Assembly (NCBI GenBank): GCA_965649765.1
Contig: OZ287748.1
Span: forward strand, 62,682,001-62,746,000
Direction of reading: 5' to 3'
Length of the DNA stretch: 64,000 nt
From: Bispira polyomma
Lineage: Eukaryota
The position numbers and the translations under genes are program-made. The notes under the pieces were generated by a model. It searched no databases. It worked only from the letters and a program-made list of their open reading frames with translations, and was not told the DNA's origin. Positions 1 to 12,122 of this stretch are shown here, in pieces; within the stretch, counting starts at the first letter, position 1; each line of letters opens with the position of its first letter.

Positions 1-778
1 CAAAGAATTGCATTCTAAGATTGTGAATACAATAGCTGTTCTCTATTTATCAAAAAATCTTTCAATTTATTATTAAATAAGTTGTCTTTTTTTGGCAGTT
101 AGCAAAAGCCTAGGTAATGAGTTAATGTCTGAAAACGTTTACACACCATGTTTATCTGGGGGTTTGTTTTGCTGGTCTACTGGGTATTAACAATTCTCAT
201 CATTGCTTGTTGATATTTGTCAAAAGGTGTTTGACATCTGCTAACTTGTGGCAGCTCTGTAAAAAACATCAACATCAGAAAAAGACTTTGTGTCAAAGGT
301 TGACACCCCTAGAAAATAAGACTGTACGGCCGTGAAAATTAGCCACATAATCAATGACACTGATTCAGTGTGCAAGTTAAACCATTTGGTCTGGTAATTG
401 ATAAAGACTTACCACAAGTATAGGCTTACTTGACAGTCTTTTATACCTTTGTCGTCCCAGGTCATGAAGTTTGTTTTTCACTTGATTTCCTAACATGGCG
501 AATTTCATGTCTGGTGAATATTCCATGCTTTACTGTAAAAGCACAAAAGGGTAGCAGTGATGGACTGCTGAACTTTTACTAGGGACAGTTACATCAGGGC
601 CGGCAATCAGGGTCAGCAGCTGTAACTTTAGCATGTGTATATAATACACCAGTGAATATAGAGACTTCTCAAGGGGAAGTTCATCAAAACCCTGCTCTTA
701 TACAGACAGGTGGTCTCTTGCTAGATGTTCAAAACTAAGGGTAACCCCGAGGAATTGGGACTTTTTTTGCCCCTTCTC

Positions 779-995
779 CACCGATAAAATACTTTGACAC
801 ACTTTGATGACATCACAAATGATGATTTTGTAACAGCTGATTAAATCACAATTGAAAAAAATATATTTTTCTTTATGTTGAACGCAGTGTACCAAATAGA
901 TTTCAAACTGTCCACTGCTGGCCAATGGACATGGCGCTGGCTAAAACATTTGTCAATCGACTGCTAGCTGACGGACAAGGTCATAAAATGGTTAA
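779..995 (+). mobile_element. Dispersed repeat ending ...GGTTAA (TTAA-type DNA-transposon end); second copy at about 62610-62790
   Basis: Shared blocks such as gacacactt(t/c)gatgacatcacaaatga and tcgactgct(a/g)gctga(c/t)g(g/a)acaaggtcat; the terminus resembles that of the 44602/50287 elements. Confidence 0.6.
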
Positions 996-1334
996 GCGGT
1001 ACTGTAATGTAAAGCTTTCAGTACCCTGGGCTGGTATTCACAAAGATTCTTGTTTTTAAATTTTTGTCTTGAGCAATTTGTGGCGCCCATTTTAATATTT
1101 TTAGAATGAGGCCCAAATTCACTTTAAGGAACATTTACATAAAGGCAAAAACTGTATACTAAATTGGGTAAAGAAACCTGTATTAACACTTTTACAGTTA
1201 TAGGTGGCTATCTGTTAGTTTTCAAATAAGGCCAAAGACTAGCAAGATCAAGAGATTACAGCAGTTCACATATCCCCAAAATAAGGTGATACAAGCCATA
1301 ATAGTTTTTTTCTGTAACTGTTAACCTCCACAGT

Positions 1335-1605
1335 GGCAGAGGCAGCATTGATAGAGGTGGCATTGACAGAGGTGGCATTGACAGAGGTGGTATTGACAGA
1401 GGTAGCATTGACAGAAGTGGCATTGACAGAGGCGGCATTGACAAAGGCAGCATTAACAGAGGCGGTATTGACAGAGGCGGCATTGACAAAGGTGGCATTG
1501 ACAGAGGCGGCATTGACAGAGGTGGCATTGACAGAAGCGGCATTGACAGTAGCGGCGTTGGCAGAGGCATCATTGACAGAGGTGGCATTGACAGAGGCAG
1601 CATAA
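1335..1605. repeat. 15-bp minisatellite, about 18 copies (consensus ggcattgacagagg(t/c))
   Basis: Directly visible tandem array; it explains the three overlapping repetitive ORFs. Confidence 0.95.
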
Positions 1606-2479
1606 CCACATGTAAACCAAAAGTACCCACCAGATGCATCCAGTTGATACACTAATAAGAATATCTGGGAATACCAGCCCTGATAAAATTTTCCACAGGA
1701 ATTTATTTTTGCTTAATTTCCAGTGAAAATTTAAATCTCACCCTTTTAGATTAAAAAAAGTGGCCAGTAGTGAATATTTCCAGTGATAATCCGGTACTTT
1801 AAAAAGTAAGTAATTTATTCCCCAACATATATCCTTATCAAATTTATATCAACATTTTGCTATGTGTTTTTTTGTCATGAAAACAAAAAACAGTTTGAAC
1901 ATGCAAAATCATATACAAAAAAAACCTCTTTAAATCCGAAGAATTATTACATATTAACATACATTTCTGTGTTGCGTTATGCATTAACACAATATATACA
2001 AAACATAAACAGCAAAGTACAGCACATTAGTTGTACTTGTTTGCATATCCTAGTGCACTTTGCATTTCAAAGTTAAAAACTTTTACAATGACAAAATAAA
2101 TGAACACCAGTAAAATTCTTATTTTCTGAATTTTTGATTCTACTCAAATTCAGGACATACATTCTACTCTCTGAGATTTGTATATTCTGTTTACTATTAA
2201 CATGTGTCTTATTTTTTTTATGAATTTAAACATAATTTTGCTGCCACTGTGTATTCAGATAATAGAAACTCTACTGTGTTTATACACAGACATCTTAGTG
2301 GTAGGTAATACATGTACATTACACTATATTTCTGATATTTACCTACTTTCAGTCCATTGTTTCAATTTTTTTTGTATTCAAATTCATACTTGGCGCATTT
2401 ATTTACCTTGATCTGGTATTCAATTAATTAACCTTTTCTTGACTTTCCAAGTAGCGCCAAAAAATAGCACCAGTAACTG

Positions 2480-2695
2480 TCTTTCTTCCTACTAAAAAGA
2501 GGGCATTAGGCTGATCACCATCCTCAAGGTGTTTTAGCCTGCTACTTGGGGATAGAGGCCCAATGACAAAGGACAGCCAGTTTTGAAATGGTCATCCAAG
2601 CTACTATGTAACCATATGCCTGCACCTGGTCACCCCAGGATGGGATCAAACCCAGGTCCTCTGTGCATGTGGTACCCACTGGGCCACAGTGGTAC
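2480..2695 (-). mobile_element. tRNA-derived SINE (family 2), degraded
   Basis: Reverse strand begins with A-box-like TGTGGCCCAGTGG and B-box-like GGTTTGATCCC; body (tgtcattggg..., gtagcagg) matches copies at about 43070-43320 and 53800-54100. Confidence 0.65.
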
Positions 2696-2903
2696 ATCCA
2701 CTTTTACCAGTCAAAAGTTCACACACAAAACATTTTATTTAATTATTTTGTGACTACTATAGTTCCTAGATGCTCTGATTATATAAAATCCAATCCTCTA
2801 TTACAATGATACCCTGCAATTATAATTGAATAAAATACAAAAAGAAGTAAGAGAAAACGCATAATAAAGGTAAAATAACACAATCTGGACACATATAGTT
2901 CTC

Positions 2904-3330
2904 TAGGCTGGTATTCTTGAAATAAACTCGTGGTCAAACTCATACTCAACGCAAATACAGTTCAACTCTGTTAAGTCGAATATGAAGGGACCATAAAATT
3001 TGTTCTAGAATTGCTACTTAACAGGGTACATTTATAAATTATAAATATAGCAATGGGACCTTGAAATAGCTTCTATACTTAACAGGAAATTTCACTTATC
3101 AGAGTTCCACATCAAAAGGGTTTGACTGTATAGGCTATGTGAATATCCTTCAACATGGAACTAATTAACCTATATATGGAAGACCATTTGTTTTAACCGA
3201 TTTTTTTTAACACTGAATTCAAATATAAAGTCAGATTTTATATGTGTTTACTGTAGCCAGAGTTATAGAGAATCCAGATTTGAGTGGAGTATGAGTTTAA
3301 GCTTGGAGTATACACTCCAAAATGTGAGCC
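2904..3330 (+). mobile_element. GGC(C/T)(C/G)GTATTC-terminal MITE (family X, PIF/Harbinger-like) interrupted by a TA-flanked MITE at 2958-3128
   Basis: Colinear with 48985-49232 once 2958-3128 is removed; the insert is TA|CAGTTCAAC...GTTTGACTG|TA. Confidence 0.75.
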
Positions 3331-3376
3331 CTGTACTTTACCCGCTGTTACAATCTAGGACAGACTATGAGATAGA

Positions 3377-3573
3377 CAGTTAAACACTTTTAAGTCGAAC
3401 CATATTATATTAAGGGAACAGGGACAATAATATTTAAGCAGGATTTCCACTTAACAGGTTAGATTTTTTTATAAGAGAAAGCCAAAATATGTGGGGCAGT
3501 GCACACAATTTTTCTCGACACAAAAGGGAAATTAACTGTTGTAACAGAGTTCTACTTAACAGGTGTTTAACTG
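3377..3573 (+). mobile_element. Tc1/mariner-like MITE family B (CAGTT(A/G)AAC...TTTAAGTCGAAC...AAGGGA...GTTTAACTG); other copies at 6078-6260(-), 28300-28485, 42548-42718(-), 45925-46435, 48947-49378
   Basis: CAG..CTG terminal inverted repeats, TA-type flanks in several copies, shared internal motif cacttaacagg(g/t)tagatt. Confidence 0.7.
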
Positions 3574-3864
3574 TGTATATACTGACACTGTAAAAGTGGA
3601 CATTTTAACTGAGAAGAAAAATTTTACCAACAATTTATTCTTTTTTTCCAAGAAATTCACTGGAATAATTTTTCACCATTATAGCTATTTTTCATTTTAA
3701 AATTTTTTATACAAATTAATCATTTTATTGAGAATGTCCCAAGGTCATTGAGCTAATATAGCTATTAAAACTTAATTAATTGGCCTTGATGACAATTGTC
3801 CACTTGTACAGCATTCCTCTAATATCCACACACACATATATACAGTATACTATTTCCACTGCTG

Positions 3865-4256
3865 TCATACAATGGAGACTTTTTCTGTCCGTTCGGTGAG
3901 CAAAGACCTATCTGCACAGTCATGATTATGATCCATGTACTTCTTGTGATGATAGCTGTTGCCTACCGCAGCCCTAGTGACGTAGCGCACCTCGATTTCC
4001 TTCTTATTCCTGCGTTTCTGAAGTTTCCGCCGCCTGTGCAGTATACATACTATAAAGAAAACGAGTATCACTAGCGCCACGACCACACCTAGTATGATAT
4101 GCAGGACACTCTGGTCCGCGTAGTCTCGCTTACAGTTCTGTTCCTCGTCTGTAGTGTCGTTTTGACCACAGTTTAGGTAGTCGTTACACACGAGATGACT
4201 GGCGATACAGCGACCAGTCTCCTCACACTTAAACTGCTTACAGCTTTGACTGGAGG
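3865..4256 (-). CDS. Last coding exon (392 nt): LDLa module (CKQFKCEETGRCIASHLVCNDYLNCGQNDTTDEEQNC), TM helix (IILGVVVALVILVFFIVCIL), basic stop-transfer and a tail ending EKVSIV*
   Basis: Acceptor aacttttttcag|; six-Cys LDLa pattern with acidic D..DE; about 20 hydrophobic residues then HRRRK; TGA at 3865-3867; ORF 3865..4191. Confidence 0.94.
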
Positions 4257-4310
4257 CTGAAAAAAGTTAATTTCATTTATTCATCTATTAGAGTGTACGA
4301 ACATATCAAG

Positions 4311-4530
4311 GGAAAATTTACACATATTAGAGAGCTAGGTTTTGCATGCACATAATAAATATAACCACATACAATTTTCAAATTCCCTACTATCATAGAG
4401 TAAATTTCATGCAAGTATTTATGAGAGTGACATGTATAAGGAGATAATTACACATATTAGAGAGCTAAGGTTTCGCATGCACTTATTAGATATAACCACA
4501 TACAATTTTCAAATTTCCCACAATCGTAGC
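4311..4530. repeat. Local tandem duplication, period about 129 bp
   Basis: ttacacatattagagagcta...tataaccac/catacaattttcaaatt occurs twice. Confidence 0.85.
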
Positions 4531-5015
4531 ATTCAGAACAGGTCATTTTGTAAAATATGTAGTAAATAGTTGATAATGGAGAATATGATGTCTTTCATTT
4601 AATGGCTGTTGTTATATTTATGCTTGATAAATTTGCACTTTTATCCTTTTTTGAGGTTGCCAGTTTATCATATTGCACAATAATTCAGTGATATTTACTG
4701 CACTTGTTATCACTAAGTTTTGGACTTATAAAATCTTTAGAGGAAACTATCACCTTAAATATGCATTTAAAACGTTTCTGAATACCGTATTTTCGATTTA
4801 CTTGTGGCTATAGTTGATGTATGGTAATGTAACTAAGCATTTCAACAAATATAACCAACAATACCCAGCCCCTTTAGTGGGCTTATATGTCACTTCTAAT
4901 ATCAAAATACATGTATACCAAAAGGCTATAATGAATACTTTAGTAGTAGAACCCTTATTGCCCCATTTTTAATTTTCGTTCCAAATATATTTACAATAGA
5001 AAGCTACCTGCTTTG

Positions 5016-5510
5016 ACATATTCTGTATAACATAGATCAATTTTTCCTCATCAGATAAATGAATCAGGTTAAATTATATTTTTCTTCCCCAGGTTTTTCT
5101 AGACCGACTTCCTGATTGCTGACAATATTAAAGAGGTTTAAATAAAATAATCTTAGGAACCATTACCAATAACCACCTTAAACTTCGTCTTTTAAAGAAT
5201 ATAAATATTGTATTTTCTGACCACCGAGGTGTAGATGAAAAAAACCCCACATATTCTACATAACATAGATCCATTTTTTCCTCATCAGATAAATTAATCA
5301 GGTTAAATTACATTTTTTTTCTAGGTTAAAGAAGGTACCAGATTCATCTGAATAAAGACCGACTTCTTGATTGGTGAAAATAGTAAAAAGGTTTAAATAA
5401 AATAATCTTAGGAACCATTACCAATAACCACCTTAAACTTCGTCTTTTGAAGAATATAAATATCTTATCTTCTGACCACCAAAGTGTAGATCAAAAACTT
5501 CACATATATT
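5016..5510. repeat. Local tandem duplication, 2 copies of about 235-255 bp
   Basis: acatattct..taacatagatc..cctcatcagataaat..agaccgacttc..tcttaggaaccattaccaataaccaccttaaacttcgtc repeated with high identity. Confidence 0.92.
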
Positions 5511-6689
5511 TCTGACTTTCTGAACAATATCTCATTTCAACATAAAGGGAATGAAAACTGACAGGTCTAAATAGATTTTTACTTAGCAAGTGTCACAATA
5601 AGCTAAGAAACAGTGCAAAATGTCATGAAACAGAATAACACTTTCAACAGGCCAACATAAATGAATTCTCACAAATAAGAACTGACATCAACTTCGCCTA
5701 CTGTTTACACCAAAAAAGACATACTCCCGAGGTTACAAAACTTAATTATGGTAAGAAGTAAATTACTTCGTCCCACTGGGTATTGTCTTTGGCTTTGTTT
5801 AAGTAATGCGAGACTAGAGAGAGAGTTATCAAATGTTATTTGATATGCAGGTGGAATCTAAGAAGAAACTGTCTAATACTGTAAAACCAATTAAATCTGG
5901 ATGCCTTTTTAATGTTGCTCTTTTACTGTAATAGTAGATTAACTGCTCTTACCCAGTAATTTTGACTTATTTATCAGTTAATTTATGTATGACTCTATAC
6001 AGGAAAGAACAGCAATTTGACCTAAGAACTGAAAAATAGCCTCTTCCAATGTTTCCAAATTTGTAAATGATTCAAAATACAGTCTCGCCCTTTTAAGTAG
6101 ATCAGTTTAAGCTTAATTTCTATTTTACATGGAAAAAAATGTAGTAGCATAAAGGATTTTTCTTTTTTTGAGTTTACCCTGTTAAGTACAAATCTTGCTT
6201 TAGTTGATGCAGTCTTGTATCCTTGTCCTTTAAGGTTTGATTTAAAGGGGTTTCAATGTACAATTGTGACTTTTATATTATAAACAAATGTCGAAAGAAC
6301 AAAATTGAAGTTACTTTACCCTAAGGTTAAATAGAAAACAATTTAAAAACACATAACTGATTTGCCACTCCCTTTGTAATATTTGCTGCTTTATAGAAAG
6401 CCAGATCAGTCAAATTATTGGTGACCAAATTGTTGTAGTTTTACAGCATGCAAGCATAGACAGACACATGACAGAAATAGGTTTCTGACATGTCTCACAA
6501 TGTCCAAAAAGTAAAGAAATGTGAAAACTGACTAAAATGTTGCCAAGGCAATTACAGGTACCTTGGAAACATCACTGCTTATCTGCAGCAGTTTCATGGA
6601 TTCTTTTTGGAAAATGCTCAACAATAATGGGTGAACTGGTAGGACTTTATAGCATCATCTAGCAAGATCTAATCTGTGAGTAAAAATGT

Positions 6690-6845
6690 TTTTTTTTAAT
6701 TTTTTTTTATTGGTGACATGTGAAAATATTATTCTGAGGGTAAACAATGCTTCAATAAACTCATTAGATTTTTTTTCATTTTTTTATTGGTGAAGTGAGT
6801 GAAAATGTTATTCTGAGGGTAAACAATGCTTCAATAAACTCATTA
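6690..6845. repeat. Tandem duplication of about 79 bp abutting the donor of exon 6847-6923
   Basis: ttattctgagggtaaacaatgcttcaataaactcatta occurs twice. Confidence 0.9.
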
Positions 6846-6846
6846 C

Positions 6847-6923
6847 CTGAAGAATCTGGCAATATTTCAGTCCAGGAAATCTGGAAACCTTTAGCACCTA
6901 TAGCACGGGTTGCAGTGATGAAT
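6847..6923 (-). CDS. Exon (77 nt, phase 2-1): end of CUB-d (QFITATRAIGAKGFQISWTEILPDSS); not in ORF track
   Basis: Acceptor attttgtttag|, donor CAG|GTAATG; F.T......GF.ISW terminal CUB strand; phases fit. Confidence 0.9.
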
Positions 6924-7917
6924 CTAAACAAAATATTAAAATGTCATCAAACGGCACAAACAAGTTACAATTGCTCACAGTTTGTTAAATAAAACAAAAA
7001 GGTCGTAAAAGCAAATAAAATTTAGTTAAATAACATTTGTACCATTTACGCTGCTATTTTGTGTCTGTATTTTCCACAAAAAGACCCGGCGAAATACAAT
7101 TCTATATTTTATAAAAACAAACAATTTCATTCCATGCAAAATCAATGTTATTTATTTACACAAACAAGTAAGAAACACCGATAAATAGGCACAAAGTCAG
7201 CTGCCTCAGAGTGTCTAGTTTAAATTTTAAATCCTGAAAGCAATATGTATACAAAGTATTCCTGTGCAGAGGCATTGCATATAAATGCATATAAATTAGT
7301 AGTACATGTGTATCTATGTGAAGTGTACACATGGGCTTTTGATTAGTTCATAGGCTAAAATGGAGTAAAAAAATAGCACAGCAATACCAAAATTACGTCC
7401 CCTTAATCTGCATATAATCTGTTGTATGTAAAATTTCAGATCAAGATAGTCAAATATGAGGCTGTTAGTACAGGAAAAATAGGAAAAACAAAAAAAAAAT
7501 CACAGAATTTTATGGATCCAACAAATTACCATTTGTTTCATTCTTGGTACTACAAGTATGTCAAACGAACCTAGAACTTTGTCAAATAAATATTGTTGAC
7601 AACATTTTCAGCACATAGACAGTCTGGATACTATTCATACTAATAAATGACATCAGAATGATGCCATCTGATGCACAAAATTGGGTTAGTGTGTAAGACT
7701 TATTGTTTGGGAGATGTGGCAGTTTATGCACAAGTGTACACAGCTGGATGGTAAAAGCACAGAATCATCGTAACATGTCAGCGACTTCATCAACTGACAC
7801 CAAAAAAACCTGCACTAAAATCCTACACCCCAATCACTTTTTCCGCTTTTATATTTTAACCCCTCAATAAAGTAATTTTAGTTTCTCTCTGGACATATTG
7901 TCGGGTTTTTTTTATAC

Positions 7918-8155
7918 TAGAGTAAGGAATCTAAAATTCGCTACTGTATCGGATTCGCCACAAAGAAAATGTTGTGTTTATGGTAGAATTGTAGGTTAAC
8001 ATTTGCTGAAATTGAGATTTTTGTGACTATTTTGCCTTACTTACCTAAATTCCAGTTATTTTAGTCAAATTTTTAGTCAGTTTTTATTGATTTGGCTTAA
8101 ATTTTAGGGGTGGCGAATTTCAGATACAGTGGTGATTTTGATATTCTTTACTCTA
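7918..8155. mobile_element. MITE with about 45-bp imperfect TIRs (TAGAGTAA...TTACTCTA)
   Basis: tagagtaaggaatctaaaattcgctactgtatcggattcgccac versus the reverse complement of the right end; no TSD recognised; a fragment lies near 11821. Confidence 0.7.
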
Positions 8156-8182
8156 AGCCTGATTAACTGGTGACATACTTAC

Positions 8183-8321
8183 TGTAAAGAGATATGGTTT
8201 GCTTTTGAGGTGAACTCCCTCTGTGGCAGCTTATTACCTTTGCCGCAGATCTCATGATCAGCAAGACCCACGCCGGCGGTATAGATTTTCAGTACAGCGT
8301 TTTCACATCCCGGCCCTTTAT
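8183..8321 (-). CDS. Exon (139 nt, phase 1-2): CUB-d middle (DKGPGCENAVLKIY...EICGKGNKLPQREFTSKANHISL)
   Basis: Acceptor actgcctcag|, donor CA|GTAAGT; C....L.IY...ICG motif; ORF 8179..8370. Confidence 0.9.
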
Positions 8322-9834
8322 CTGAGGCAGTAATAATATTATACATATATATCAAGCTACTGGTATACATTTAAGAAACACAAAACAGACATTATACGGC
8401 GGTACATAACAATGAGCTGGATTTTATTTTATCCAATTTACATTTTTGTTTATTCCTAAAGGAACAAATCTAATTACTCTAGGCTGTCTCTAAGGTTACT
8501 GCTGTTTTTAAAGAGTGAACTTTAAATGCTAGACCCAAAACTTCTTCCAGTGATGACGATTGTTACCCCCAATTTTTTTATCCCATTTTGTTCAAAATCT
8601 TGATTTCGACTGATATATGTTGGTACACGTATATATACTGCTTCCATCATTTAGCATGCTTTACTTTAATTCAATTTTGCTTCCGTAAACTCAAAGCACT
8701 AAGTCAATAATACTCGAAATCCTAGCTGTCCAAATCAAACTTGTATATAAGAAGATTGTTATAAGAAGTTGTATCAAATAAGTGGTACTATTTTTGAAGA
8801 GGTTTATAGTGAATTATATAAGTAATATAAATTTTTTAATTTCTTTCTTCCAAAACAATGTTTTTCATTCTATTTTAGTCGAGTCCCTTTATCTCTGAAG
8901 TTTTTCAGTGAACTAAAATGCCATTGTCTGTATAAAGTTTACTTTGGTGAAAAGTTCCATCCGTGACAGTTAATGGCAGTCATAGGCAGTCATATCACTG
9001 TCTCGTCTTGTACAAAGAGTGGAAAGTATAGGTCATCAGTAAGATAAATGTTTACATTCAAACTTCCATTTAAAAAACCCTCAAAATGTTGCCTTTTTAT
9101 CAGTAAATGACATTTTTTTTAGGATATCAAGATGTATTTTATAGTAATGTAGCTATTAATTTTTATGGAAACTCTATTGTTAGCGGCAACGATATATTTC
9201 CTTATGTCTCTTTTATTGTTTTGCGGAGACATCAAATTAGATCATCCTTTATTTTTCCTCAGTCTTGATCGTTTACGCAAACATTCTGAATAAATACCAC
9301 ATTTGCCTCCAGATACTTTGAAGCTCAAAAAAAGAAAAAAAACCAGGGTCAATACTAAAGCTACAAGATGCTCCTTATCAATGGGAATCTACTAAATGGT
9401 TAAACAAGATTAATGAAGCTGTAAAACACAACATTATTCCCTTATAGAAAGAGTAGATCAAAGCCACACCCAATATCTAAACTTTGGATGAGGAAATTCC
9501 CAATAAACAAGTAAATATAAGGCCAAATTCTGATCAATCACATGATTATATTTTAAAACCTATCTATAAGACCATAAATGTGTTATTTGGGAGTATGTTT
9601 TACCCATTATTTCATCTCTACAGTAGTTGTTTGGTGGAGAAAAAATGACACAAAATATTAAAGTGTAGCAGGATTAAAGTCATTTGGAAAGTTTGATACT
9701 CTGGAAATTTGCATTGTGGGAACCATTGCAGCCTCATCAAAGCTGATCAATACTCTAATAAACTAAGCACATCGCTAGCCTTGTATCAGGCTCCTGTATT
9801 ATGCAGTTTCCTGCAATTTAAATTTGTAGTTGGA

Positions 9835-10060
9835 TTTTACATCACTTTATACAGCTTACTAGGTCATATCACGATGGCCAGATTTAATGGTGGAAGAAAC
9901 CAGGGTTAAAGCACTGCAAACCACTGAAATATATCAAGTAATCTGAAAAACTTTTCTAAATGAAGGAACAAACTGGATTCAAACCCCACATTGCTGAGAA
10001 GCTGGTGATTTTGAAGCTAATTAATGCTTAATGCTTCTAAACACTAGACCACCATTTGCC
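9835..10060 (-). mobile_element. tRNA-derived SINE (family 3), degraded; partial copy at about 30385-30500, more distant relative at about 60570-60800
   Basis: Reverse strand has ggtggtctagtg (A box) and ggggtttgaatcc (B box); shared core catatcac.a..ccagatttaatgg(g)tggaagaaaccag. Confidence 0.6.
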
Positions 10061-11180
10061 ACAGGACAATGACCTTGTAACAATTAATTCTATGTTATGT
10101 GAATCCAGACTGCAATAATACACTATATATATAATAGGGATAGTTTTTGTATTTTCATACAGCGATCTGTTTCTGAGCAACCAAGAAGTAGACTTCTAAA
10201 ATTGAATGATTTGTCACTTAAAAGAGTATTTGTGAAAAGTCTACTTCACCAAAAGCATAATTTGTTACTTTATAAAAAAAAAACTAGAAGTGTAATCAAA
10301 ATCTGGCAGGGCTCAAAAGAATCAGAGGAAGCCCAGATCTAACCTTCTAGCTCGAAAAAACTTCAAAATTAAATGGATTCTTCCTTGGGCCCATGTGACA
10401 TCCAAAATTCATGTAAATTGGTTCAGTTGGTGACAAACAAACCAACCAATGGCCACAGTTGAAAAGATAATCTCTTTAGCTGAGGTAATTAAGTGTGGAC
10501 TTTTTATTCTGTACGAAAAAAGGGACTTGCCGACACAAATTTGAGCCTTGTGTAAGGCTACAAATCCTCTACCACATAGTTCCACAAACCAAGTCTAGGT
10601 CATCTCAGCCTTCGAAATTAATACCATTGAAAATAGGCCTGTATTTTTTTAAACCTCAAAAGTTAAAAAAAGAATACAGTTACTAGACACAGGTTAAACT
10701 TGCCCATTTAAGTTCAGGATATTATAAAACATTGGCAAATTACAGCATATTATGTTTCTGGCCTCTAAAAAGTGACCATCTAATTTGTCAGATTGAAGAT
10801 ACTATTACAAAATAGAAGATTTTTTTAATATAGGTTTTTTTATTAAAAAAGAGACAAACGTTTTTGTGTTACTCTAATCAGGAGGAGAGAAACGTTTTGA
10901 TGAGGAAAGCTGTGGAATCTGTTGAGAAACAGCACAGGTTTAAAGTAAAATCTTACTTTACTGACACAACAGATCAAATCTTTCTTCATTATTTTTTAGT
11001 AAAGATCAATTATAGCAATATATGTTACTTATTTTAGTCTTGCATTATGCAGCAGTAAATATTAATTGCCTTATCAAAAACAACAAATATTTTCACAACT
11101 AAATTGAATATCTAAATTTTTATATGTAATACAGTCATATACTTTATTAATGTGATTAAAATTTAAAAAACAAACAAACT

Positions 11181-11430
11181 TTAAACCCTTTAAAGCATTT
11201 GTTACTCCTAGAAATTGAATTTATTTAATTTTCCTTCAGAGATCCTCGCAATAGGATATATTGCTAGCAGAGCAAATTTCCCCGTTTACAAAATTATACG
11301 GGAGGACGTTATTGAAAGCCTGAACTAATCTGTGGTGTGTGTTTCAGTGAGTTCAGCTATTTGTAACCTATTACCAAAAAATGTACCTTCACTTACTGGC
11401 AATATTTTCTTCCAGTCGTGAATGGGTTAA
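11181..11430 (-). mobile_element. Internally deleted copy of the TTAA/CCC-terminal (piggyBac-like) MITE found at 44602 and 50287
   Basis: Reverse complement reads ttaacccattcacgactggaagaaaa...taataggttacaaatagctgaa...acacacaccaca...ggagtaacaaatgc..aaagggtttaa. Confidence 0.7.
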
Positions 11431-11855
11431 TTTGTCAGCAATGTTCTAAAGAATCAATCAATCAGAAAACCAAGCACTAGGATGATGTCTCCTCTCTCTC
11501 ATGTTATTTTTATGCAATAATATAGTTAAATTTATCTGCACGGAAATTAAAAACAAGCCATTCAAATACAGCATTAAGACAAAGGTTTTAAGCTTACATT
11601 ACACTCAGATTGAACTGTGGCCACTTACTTATTAAAAAGAAACAAAATCGTCAAGGACAAATATAATATCCATGTTTCTCATTTTATAGATGGGTAGCAG
11701 CTGTACTTAAAATGCCTTGTAACTCAGATCACAACCTTCTCTGCATACCATGTTACAGTCACAACATCACACTTTGTCTGTGATGACAATGCAATTGATA
11801 ATATAACTCAATCTCTGTGATAGAGGTAAGGAATCTTAAAAATTTGTCACATATC

Positions 11856-12003
11856 TGGGTTGGTATTCACAAAGATTCTTATTCTTAAATTTTTGCTCTC
11901 ACCCAATTTGATTAGCTGAAAAATTGTTACAAACAATCTGATTGGATGAGACTAACAAAAATTCTAAGAATTGTATTCAAACAATGTTTTTGAACACCGC
12001 ACC
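11856..12003. mobile_element. GGTATTCACAAAG-terminal short MITE; related copies at about 1027-1080, 56320-56432, 28810-29115 and 1-35
   Basis: Shared tttgatt(a/g)gctgaaaa..ttg.t.caaacaatctga and ctaagaatt..attc.aacaatgtt..tgaa.ac blocks; GTATTCAC/GTGAATAC termini. Confidence 0.65.
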
Positions 12004-12122
12004 CCCCCCTCCCCCCAGAATATTCTTCATATATAACTGTAAACTTAACACAGAAATTGCGGGTTTTGGTCTAAACATTGGTCTATTTAACCCCTACCAG
12101 TCTTTTGTCTCTCTTTTGTTGA

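Noticed and set aside
1256-1652. Three overlapping repetitive ORFs (MPPLS, NATSV and EVALT repeats)
   Set aside because: All derive from a 15-bp unit lacking stops in those frames; no convincing start or splice context; treated as a minisatellite
3630-3730. AATAAA signals on the minus strand (near 3634-3639 and 3724-3729) as poly(A) sites
   Set aside because: The hexamer is too frequent in this AT-rich DNA to call without transcript data
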